The translations under genes and the position numbers were made by a program. Below the pieces are notes generated by a model that was not told where the DNA came from, searched no databases, and saw nothing but the letters and a program-made list of their open reading frames with translations. DNA of 62,520 bases, from IMG/VR virus record IMGVR_UViG_3300042861_000978, positions 1 through 62,520 of that record, one strand, 5' to 3'. This stretch comes from a virus (taxonomy: Duplodnaviria; Caudoviricetes). Shown piece by piece: positions 8,234 to 20,200 of the stretch. The stretch's first letter is position 1. Each line of letters opens with the position of its first letter.

Positions 8234-11200
8234 TTATTGATTACAACGTTTTGATTCATTTTCTTTTTGAGATAATATATCATTAATCTCATTTTCTTCT
8301 GTTTGTAAAGGTAGAGATTCTTCTTCAGACAAGAAAATAAATTCATCTCCTTCTACGTATGCAGAGTTTCCAAGAACTTCTACAATGTTTAAATCTTCTA
8401 CTTCTGTTTCAACTTTTTCATATCCATTATCAAATACAGATGCTTGTGAAACAGTTGATTTTGAAATACTAGGATATTTTTTATCATAAAATTCTTTTGC
8501 ATATAGAGAATCTCCCCAAGCATTAATCATTTTATAAACATAGTTTTTATAAACTGTTGTTTTTTTAGTTACCTTATCTGTAGAAATAGTTTCATATACA
8601 ATTGGAGAAGAAATTCCTTTTTTATTTTTAGAATAAACTTTCTTGAATAATCCTTTTTTCATAAAAGAATAATCCCCTTTCTTAACCATTTCTCTTTTTG
8701 TATCTTTATTTACAGTCATGTCTGACCATATGTATGTAATTACATCACTATTGGCTTCCATTGAATTTGCAGAGATGTTTATGGTTTTTGGAATCTGTCC
8801 TTTATCCATTGCATCTTTTAATTTTTTAGACACTAGTGTAGTTTCAGGTTTGAATCTTCCTTTTTTAGTTAGAATAACTCTTTCTTTATGTTGATCTACA
8901 ATATTAGGATCATTCCAATTTCCTCTTTCAAATACATTCATATCTACAAAATCAGAAAGATTTGGAAGTTTATCTATTTGTGAAAGAGTTTGATTATATA
9001 CTTCAACAAAATCTTCAAAAGGAAGCAAGCTTGTAAAAGAAATTCTAGAATTAGAAAGCCCTGATTGTAATACAGCAAGTCTTACTAAATTTCCATATAA
9101 TGGTTTTTGTGACTCTGGTAATAATTTTTTAATCTCTCTTAAAGCATATATGATTTGATTTTGATCATACACTTTAACATCTTTTGAATTAATGTATAAA
9201 TTGTCTGGTTCAGTTTCACTATTTCCTTTTTCAATCTGTAATGCTTTTAGAACATAATTATTATACAAAGGATGATTAGGATTTTCAGCATCTCTTTTTA
9301 ATTTCATTAATTCAGAGGCAGTTGATTCTCCTTTTTCATTAGAAAGCAAAACTTTTGTAAGCTGTGTGTTTAAATTTCTATTAGTTTGTACAGCCCAATC
9401 AAATAATGTTAGCACTGCTTTTTTACTTGTAGATACAAAGTCTTTATCATTCATATCCATGTATGGTTCTAACACTTGCTCTAACACCTCTCTTATAGAT
9501 TGACCATTAGGGTTATTTCTTTTATCTGATAGCAGTATTTCAGCAATTCCATCTCTAAATGAATTTAAAGAATTTTTTAATTCTCCAATAAAAGAAGAGT
9601 CTAAGAAATCATCAACATCTGAAAAAATTGTATTTCTAGCTTTTTCTATTTGTCTTAGTTTCTTAGCTATTAAGAAAGGATCATTAAATGTTGCTGTATC
9701 AAAGTTTGTAGCTTGTGTAAATGTCAATAATTGCTCAGCCATTTTTGAGTATTTTAAAAACTCATCTAATATAAATAGTTGCTGTAATGATTGATATGGA
9801 GATAAAGTTTCTTCATCTTTTCCAATCATTTTGGATAGCTCATCAACACCAGGAATAACATTAATTTCAAGGTTTTCAGAATCAATAGCTTCGTATTCAT
9901 ATCCTTCTTTAACAGCATTTATATACTTGTTATTAAATACATATGAATATCCATTGTTTTCTAATGTTTGCAATAAGTCTTTAATAATTGGTTGATTCAT
10001 AAAGTATGCAACATTTTCTAATGGTACACCAGTTCTAATTAAAAACAACCAAGTTCCAGCAACATTAGGCGTGATTCCTAAACGCATAACCCAAGGGTCT
10101 TTAGCAGCATCTACATACCCATCAATAACTTGTCCAATTACATCAGAAATGTAGTTTCTATCTTCTGGAATAGCATTGGCATCTTCAATCATTGATAATG
10201 TAGGCATGCCTTTAACTGAGTTAAAGTTTTCAAATTTAATTAATGCATCCCCAAGAAAAGCTCTGTCTCTTTCAGAAACACGACTTAATTTTGTTCTATC
10301 TATTGAAAGAATACTTCTTTGAGCTTGTGCATTACCTGTTTGAGATGTAGCTGCAATACCAATAGCAGTTTTTGCTCTAACAAAGTCATTTCTTAATTCA
10401 GACATAAACTCTCTATCTAACATTTCTCCAACATCAGAGTAATCTATTTTTTTAGAACCAAGAAGAGTTTCAATATCAGTAGTTAATTTTTGTAATTGTT
10501 CTGCAGAGTTAGGTTTAACTAAGTTTTTAAAATTGAGTGGATGAGATATAAGTTTTTCTAAAGAGTCTACATAAGCATTGTCTAAAGATTGTCTATACAA
10601 ACCATTAATAATTTCTTCTTTAGAATTACTATATTCTTCTGGAAATATACTTTCAAACAATCTATCTTCTGCTTCTCCCTGCGGAAGAGCATCTTTTTTA
10701 GTTTTTATATATTCATCAAATTCTCCAGCTTTATATAATTCTTCAAATTTAGCTTTAGCTTCTTTACCAATTCCAAAATAAGGAACAACTTTTAAAGAGT
10801 TATTTTTTGAAGGGTATAAGTTTTTTAGATAAATGAAAAGTTTATCAATATCAAAGTCACTTCCTACTTTCTTAACTAAAGCAGAAGGAACAATAACAGA
10901 ATCACCATATCCTTCTGGAAGAAATTTAGCAATTTCAAATACTTCAATAGAATTTTGTTTTTGTGTAGGAATACGAAAAGCAATACCAGCTAAAGCAGAT
11001 AATTGTTTTTTACCTTCTTCTGTATTGTTAAAATAGTTTATAAGCTCTTCATCAGATAAAGGACTTTTAAACCATCTAGATATCATAAGCTGACATGCTC
11101 TTTTTCCATCCTTATTTGTATAGAACTTAAGTATATCTGATTCGTATATAGTTTTTGTATTTCCTTTACTATCAGTTATTTCTTTAGCTTTTGCTCTTTG

Positions 11201-14200
11201 AGACTCTAACAATGCAGAAGATACTTGTACTTTTTGTCCTCCTTTTAGTTTTGTAGATACAACAGCTCTGTGTGCAATAGAGTATAATATGTTTCTAATT
11301 TGTTGGTATGAAGGAATAGCTTCTAGTACAAACTTACCATCTTCATAACCATCTAATGCATCTACTATATTATCATTAATCTCTCTTTTTAATAATTCTT
11401 TTTTAAGAATATCAAATGTTAATTCTGGTTTAGATAGTGTGTACTTATCATCTCCTACTTTTGTTATTCCTAGTTCTTTAAATAAAGAGCTTAGTCCATC
11501 TTGTATTCTTGCTTCTAGAAGATTTTGATTATTCTTTATTTCATTATATAAATTATCACCATCATTATAAGAACCTTTATCTAATAATTTAATCCATTCA
11601 TTATAACGAGTTGTAAAATTTTTTTCATCAGACATAAAGTCAATAGGCACACCAGCTTCCATAAAGTCCATAGTAGCTAACTTTGTAGGTTGTGATCCTT
11701 GAGTAACTTTATTATTTTCTTTTGTAGGAACTTCTGTTTGAATAGCAAATATTGAAAGAGGAATAGTAAGAACAGTTTGTTTTCCTAATGGGTTTTTCTT
11801 TTCTTCAGCACTAATTAAAGGAGCTTCATTAAAGTTTCCATCTTTATCATACAACTCATAAATATTTTCTTTACCAACTTTTCTTCCTGATGCATAAACA
11901 ACATAGTCTACATCATCATTAATCATTTTTTCATAAAGTTTTAACATGTTAGCTGTTGGATTAAGCTCATGTATCATTCTAAATGAAATAGGAAACAAAG
12001 AGAATTTATCAAGAAGTACATCATTATAACTTCTTCCCATGTTTTTATTACCTGCAACAATAGGTTTTATAGGAGTGTAATTACTTTGCTCAAAAGGATT
12101 ACCTTTTTTAAGTCTTTCTTTCTCAACAGTATTTAATGGTTTATTAAGAACTTTTTTCATATATGCCATATCATATATGTATTGTTCTTCATTTTCATCT
12201 GTCCATTCACCATTTTTAATTTTGGTATATCTTAATCCCTTATCTGTAATATAACCACCACCATCTGTTTCTTCAAATGCATCATATCCTAACTCTTCAT
12301 TATCTGAAAGAACATCAGATATTGTTCCACCATTAATAGTGTCTCTATTAAAGTTGGTGTTAAACAATTTATCTTCAGGGTTGGCATTGTTATATAATTC
12401 TCCATATCTAGAATTTATTTCATTGTTTCCATAAGAAAGAATTTGTCTTGGAGAAGTAAAGTTTTTAATACGTTTAAGCTGATCAGAATATTGATAAGGA
12501 TCAGAGTATAGAAGTTTGTGTAATTCAACATTAGCAATCATAAAGTTAATTTGCTGTTGTTTAATTGCACTTCTAATAGCATCTATTGTGTAAGATTCAT
12601 CTGTATTAAAAATAGAAACATTTTCAACATTATAATTTCCTTCAGCAGAAGGTTTTATAATGTTGTATTCTTTCATTTTATTTAATGATTTATCTGTTTT
12701 ATTATTTATAAATTGTTCAACGCTATCATTAATTTCTTTTTTAAAGTCTTCGTATATTTCTTCTGCGGAAACATTTGTATTTTGAGCTTTGTTTACAATT
12801 TTTTTATGAAGAGATTCTCCTAATATAGATTTAAAAAATCTTAGGTTTTCATTATTTCTTCCTTTAGCAACTTGTCTATTTATTTCTCTAGACATTGTAA
12901 CCTCAGAAATAAATTGATCTTTAAATATATTCATATACCCTTTGCTCAAAAGCATATCCTTTGTTACAAAAGGATTGTCAGAATCATGTAGCTTTATAGC
13001 AGTTTGCATATTAGCATCACCAGGAACAAGATTCATGTATATTCCTTTCAAGTTCATATTTAATTCTTGAAGATATCTCTGTCTTTTAGTGAGTCTTGAA
13101 GACTCAGTATTTTTTCCTAGCTCTTCATTTATAGTACCATCTATAATAAATGGTTTTAAAGTTTCTAAACTAAGACCTTCTCTCTTATCTCCATTCTCAT
13201 CAAATATTCTATTTAACATTACACTTCCTATGTTAGAATATGTATCTGTTATTAAATATCCAAAGTTTGTATTAGCTAAGTCAGATATTTTATCAACTTT
13301 AGAAATAACATCATAGAATGAGCTTAATAAATTAGGACCCAAGAAAGTTTGAGATCTTTCCCCATTAATATTAAAATACGTTGTATCAAAGTCAGAAGTT
13401 TCTAATTTTGATTTAACAAGTCCTAGTTCTAATAATCTTCCAGATACATCTAATGTATTTACATTTATCTTTTCTATACCAGTATCTGTAACTCTTTCTT
13501 TTAAACTTCTAATAATACCATTAGCAGCATTTCTAAACATTTTTTGAACATCATAATTAGCTTTCTTCAATTCTTTTTCAGAAAATTCTATTCCTAAATT
13601 AGAAAGAAAGTTAACTAATTGTGCTATATCTGATTGCTCATTGAGTGCAGTTAATGCTTTTGTTCTTACAAATCCTTTTGTTTTATCTTTTGTAATATAT
13701 GGATTAGTACCTGTTCTTGCACCTTCTAGAATAGAGTTTATAAATTGTCTTCTATACTCTCTAACAGCACCAGATGTATTAGAATCTCCAACAACAATAT
13801 CTCCATTTCCTAATATAAATAGTGCAGAAACTGTAGGAGATTGTTTTTTAAATGTTTTCCAAAACCCATCTATAAGTCTTAGATCTTCCTTACTCAATAA
13901 AGTGTAGTCTATTGGATTTTCAGAAAGAGGACTAACTTTAAACATTCTTTCAAATAAAGAAACATAGTTAGGGTTATTTCTTGAAGCTTTTCTAAACTTA
14001 TTAATCATATCAGACTGGTCCACAGAGTTATGTAGTTGATTTAAAAGATCAACATATACACTTCCAAGAGGAACTAATGTAACTCCCCCAACATTGTTTA
14101 TTTTAGACTCTGTAGCTGTACCACCATTTACAAAAGTAGATTCAGACAAACTTGATAATAAAAGTTTAATTGTATTATTTAGTTTTTTAAATCCATCAAT

Positions 14201-17200
14201 TTGTCTTGGATCACCATAGCCTTCATCTTTAGATTTCTCATAATCATCATAGTTTATTTCATCATTTTCATCAAATACAATTCCATATGATTGCAAATAC
14301 TCTTCATGTTTCTGTTGAAGCAGTGGCCATTGGTTATATACATTATTATATAGTGTTCCTATGTTGTTATAATATACATCACCTTGTTCTTGAGTTATTC
14401 TATTTTTTTCAATATCTAAAAGAACTTGGTCAGCCATTGCCCCTATTCTATTATTTAATAAATCATCTTTAATAATATTATACATCTTGGTTCTATCTAT
14501 AGATGTAATATTAAATAAACTTTGATTATTACCAATCATTTGAGTGATTGTAGTATAGGTCATTTGTTGCATAATCTGATGAATATCAGTTGCACTTAAG
14601 TTTTCTATTCTAGCTCTAAATAAAGAAGAGTTATCAGGAATAACTTCTGTAATATCTGTATACCCTACATTAGCAAAAGAAAGTTTTTGCTCAAATGGTA
14701 TATAAGATTTATAATAACCATTTCCTATTCTATTAAATAGTTCTTGTGTGTTCTTAGCAGCATCTTTGCCTACAAAGAATGTTTTAATTCCGTTAATTAT
14801 CCAATCGAATATATTTTTTAAGAATGAAGGAATTTTTGGTTTAGGAGCTTGCTGAGGGTTTTTATCATATAAAACATAATCTCTAAATTCTTCTGCAAGT
14901 TCTTCTCTCATTTGATCATCTGTTGCATCTTTGTAAACAACAGTTTCTCCTGTAAATCTATCTATATAACTTCCTTCTCTATTTCTAAAGTCTTTAGCTA
15001 TGTTAATTCTTTCTTGAGCAGAAGTCATCATAGCCCATACAGCTTCAAATACTTCATGGTAAGCTGTTCCTGTCTCTGCATTCTCATATAAATAGATTGC
15101 TCCCTTATGTAACATTCCCCAAGCTTGTCTTCCATTAGAAGCTTTAATTATATTCTTAACTCTGTATACAGGAAGATTAGGAAAATTAGCTGTTAACCAT
15201 TCTTCTAGTTTATTAAAGTTCTCTGGAGCAAATTGTCTAAATTGTTTATATGTTTCAAATCTATACGCTGTTTTATCAATACCTTCTATACCATTTGTTT
15301 TTGGTCTATTAGCAAATGGGTTAGCTGTTGTAGTAGCAGCTTCTTCAGTAGGTTTGGTTTCTTTAGTAATTACTTCTGATGTCTCTTCTGTAGGAATTTC
15401 AGCTTTAGCAACTGGTTGTTCAACTGGAGTTTCTACAACAGGGGCTGCTGTAACAGCATTATCCTGGGGCATAGAATTAGCTAGAATTAATCTTTGAACA
15501 CTTTCTCTCACTTTATTAAGAAGAGCATTATATGCATAAGCTTTTGTTGAAACTTCATCTTGTTGTGGAAAAGCTTTTTCAACAGCAGCAATTGTATTTA
15601 ATGTATCGTAATCATATATTCCAGCAACTGTTTGATAAATAGGTTCTCCTTTTTCATCTATTAAAACTAAAACATTACCTAATTTAGTTTTAAATGTATG
15701 AGGAGTTTTTCCATCTAGTTTATAAGAACTTAATGGACTATTCTCATCAACTTGAATTATTCCAGAAGGTGTTTTAGAAATAGTAGATGGTTGTTGAGAA
15801 GTAACAACAGGTTGTGCTGCTACAGGAGCAGGTGCTACAGGTGCATTTTCTTTTTGTACAACTGGTGCTGGTTTAGCTAATTCAAAGTTAAATGTATCTG
15901 CTGTTTGATTTAATGTAAAATACATTCCTTTTCTAACAACATCATTTTCTCCTTGTTGTGGTCTTACAATTGTTGTTAATGGAATTTCTCCTTCTTTTCT
16001 TCCTTCCGAAGATAGAAGATAGGTTTGGTAGTTTGGCCACTCTCTAGTAATGGCTTCACCATTTTTATCAAATCCAAGTATTTGTGTATAAGGTACACTC
16101 CAAGAATTATCATTTACCTGTGTACCACTTACATTATGATAGAGAGATGATATTAGTGTTATTAACTCATTTCTTCTATTAGATAATTCTGTAGGAGCAA
16201 AACTCATATTACCACCTAGTCCTGATATAAATAGTCTAGTTGATTTAACTCCTTTATCATCAGTGATGTCTTCAAACCATATATTATTATATCCAGCTTT
16301 CTTTCTTTCTCCTGTTTGAGTATTTTTTGCAATACCCCAATAAACAACACTCTTTAACCAACGAACAATCTGTTGTGCCTCATCATTATCTTTTATTGTT
16401 CCTTTATCAAAAGCTATTTTAGAGAGTTGATAAATTGCTTCATAGATTGTTGTAGCTTCAGCCTGTGTTAGTTTTCTATTATTAAGTTTAATAAGTCCTC
16501 CAGGTAAAGATAGAAACACTCTACCAGGTCCTGTTTTAAATGTAACAGATCCTTCACTTACTGAATCACTTGTAGAGAATGCAATAACTTTTTTAGAGGA
16601 TAAATCTTTTTTAGATACCAGTCCTGTTTTTTCTACAGGAGTTGTAGCATTATAATTTATTTCTTCAACTTGAATTGTTTTACCATCAACTGTTTTCTCA
16701 ACAAGCATTGTTACATACTCAGGAATACCAAATGAAGTTTTAAAATCTTTTGGGTATTCTAATTCTTCTTTAGCAAGTTGATCTTTTCTCCACTCTCTAT
16801 ATTGTTTAGTCAGCTCATTAATAATTTCTTTTCTATCTTCAGCAGTAGCATTTCTAAACATAGATTCTGTTTTACCAGAATATTTTCCTTGTAAACTATC
16901 ACCTGGAAATACTTGGAATACAGCGTGATCCAAAGGATTTTTAAATTGTTCTTCTGTTTTAAAAGCATCTCCAAATTCATCAACTAATGAATAAGTTCCA
17001 TCCTCATTCATTATCACCATTACTAAAGCAATTACATCTTTAGGGTCTGCTTCCCCATCTACTATTAAATTAGAAAGTCCAGGAACTCCTTGTAAACCTT
17101 CTGTTTTTAATGTAACAATTCTACCTTTTATATTTTCTTTTTTAGACTTTGGTAATGAATTAAATCTAGAACCAAATCTATTAGCTCTTAAATTATGTGG

Positions 17201-20200
17201 TCTATCATTAGAAACAGGTCTAGTTCCTCCCACTACATCATAATCACTTTTCTTTGCATCTTGCTCATAAACTTTTTCACTATTAGAAGTAGAAGCTATA
17301 GGTTGTATACCACTATCTAATGTACCAATAAACTCTTGTAATAATGCTTGATTATTAGCTAGTTCTTTTTCTTGTTGTTTTTGTTCTAAAGCTTTTTTGT
17401 ATATATCTTCTAGTTTAGCTAGAACATCTTCTCTAACCTTAATTTGTTTTTCATAATCTTTAATAGCACCATTTAGTATATCTAAATGCTCTTCAAGATC
17501 TTGGAGTCTAGCCTCAGAAGGAGTAATTGTAAAATCTTCTGTTGTAGCTATAATTTCTTCAAGAGCTGACAATTCAGCTTTGTAGTTTGGTTTTGTTTTT
17601 AAGAAATTAGGATTTGCTTTTAAGAAATCAACCCATTGTTGTCCCTCTGGGGAAGGAACATTAAAATATCTAGACTCAAAGTTTTTGATTAAACCACTAA
17701 GATACTTAATAGCTGCCTTAATAGCATCTCTAGTAGCATCCATTAAAGAACTAACTGTATTAATTTGTTTACCAGTCTCTTCAACTAGTATATTTAAATC
17801 AATAAGTTCATCATTTAATTCATTAATAAATTCTTTTGTTGATGTAGGAAGTTCTTCTATGTTATCAATAAGCTGTTCAATATATTCTACATTAAGTTTT
17901 AATTCATCATCTACAGTGTATAGTTCTTCAAGCTCTTGTTGAAGATCTTGTTCCATTTTTGATAATGCTTTTAATTGTGAAATAGCATCAAAAATAGTTT
18001 CTTTTAATGTAAATTTTTTAAATCTTTTATCTTCAGGATTTTTATTAGTTTCAATCTGATCAGTTATATCAGTTATTTGTTTTTTTAATTTTTCTAATTG
18101 AGCAGTTTTTTCAGAAATAAGTTTTTCTGTGTTTTCTTTTTTCTCTAAAACTTCTTCGTATAACTGATTAAGAGTTTCTTCTCTTCTTTGAAGTTTTGCT
18201 TGTAAACTAGAAGAGGTTGTTTTACCAAAACTTTCTTCTGCTTTTTGTTGTGCAGGTGTTAGTTCTCCTACATGTTTTAATATAGCATGTTTGTACCCTT
18301 TTTTAGGTACAACCATTGAACCATCTATTTCTTTTTTAACTATCTCTCCTTTCTCATTTTTGTAAACAAAAAACAACTTATCTTTTTGTCCATCTTCTGT
18401 TTGAAAGTACTCAAGTCTTCCTTTTACAGGAACTCTTTCTCCTTTTTCATTTGTAACTTTTTTACCATAAAAAGAAAACACAGAGTTCATGTGCTCTAAG
18501 TAATACTTAGCTGTTTTATTATTTAATGTAGATGAAACTTTTGCTAAACTATAGTCAAGTAATTCATCTTTAGAAATATCTCTTATATCTCCTTTAGCAT
18601 CTTTAATTTTAATTGTACCATCTTCATTTTCTCCTAATATAGTTATCTTAGGAGTTCTGTATACTTCTTTTCCTTTACTATCTTCAAATACTCTTTTTCC
18701 TAAAAAGTACTCTGTACCAATTTCAATATTTCTTTCTCCTTTTTTAGTTTTAATTTTTATAGTTTCTTTAGGAATAACATTTCCTTTTTCATCTAATGTA
18801 TTACCTTCTTGATCAACTCTTTGTCCTTCAGTTAGTCTTAACAACTCCATAGGAGTATCGTCTGGAGTGTCTGCAATAAGAGAGTCTTTATAATTAGAAG
18901 GGTTTTCTAATATATCATTATATTCTTTTATAAATGCTTTTCTTCTTACAGCCACTTCAGATAAGTCTTCAAGATCTCTAATTAAATCTTGTTTAGTATC
19001 ATTATCTACATCCATAGCCATAATTTTAGAAAGAGTAGCTCTAAAGCTATCAGTGTCTGTAGAATCATTTTCTAATACATCATTAATTACATCTTGAGTA
19101 ATAATATTGTTTTTAATTAATGATTCGTTTATCCCAGGGATACGTTCATCATAGTCTTTAATTTTTGATGCTGCATATACAAGTCTGTCTACAACATCAT
19201 CAGAATATAATTTTTCTCCATCTTTATATTGATCTCCGTATTTATCATTAAGTTTGGAGTATAATTCATCTACATTTTTAGCAACTGATTTTAAACTTTC
19301 AATTCTTTCAATAAATTGTTCTTTAGTTTCTTTTTCATTAGCTATACCACTTGTAACTAGTTGCCCAAAACCAACAGAATCCATTGCTTGACTTTTATAA
19401 TAATCAAGTTCTTGATTAACAGAATCTATTTTACCATATTTTGCTCTGGGCATAACATAAGAAAGAGCAAAATCTCTTTCATAATCTTTTTCAGATAACA
19501 AATCATTATTAGCAATAGCAGCTTGTCTAAGTTTTTGAGAACCTATACCAATTCCCATAAACTTAATTTGATCTTTTAGTGCTTTATTAATATTTGTTTT
19601 ATTTAAAGCTGTTAAAGCATCTTCTGTGTTTCTTTGTCTTTCTCCTCCAGTACCAAATAATCCTTGCTCACCAATTAATCCAGATTTACCAAAACCAATT
19701 CTAGTTTTACCTTGATTATCTTTATATGTACCAACTATACCTGATTGTTGGATACCTCCAGACAATCCTCCAATAAGTATACTTTCCATTCCTTCATCTG
19801 AAGAAATTGTTTCTGCTATACCTTCTGAAAATATATTACCCCAAGATTCATTTAAATTAGTTAATATTTCTTTAGAGCTATTTCTATTTTTATAAGCTCT
19901 CATAAAATAATTATTTACACCTGTTTCAATAGCAAATTGCATACCCTCTTCAAAAGCTTCTGAAGGAGCAAACAATACAGTAGCTTTACCTGTTGCTAAA
20001 GATCTAGCTGTACTACCTAACCCTTTTGTTATTCTTCCAAAAGTAGTTTTTGGCAAAACTTGAGTAAATTCTTTTCCAATAGCTTCTTGATCTATTTTAT
20101 TAATTAATGCTTTATCAGCTTTTCTTGAAGATCCAAGAATTTTAGGAAGTTGAATATAGTTAGTAGCTGTTAACAATAATGAGTTTGCACCCCAGATATG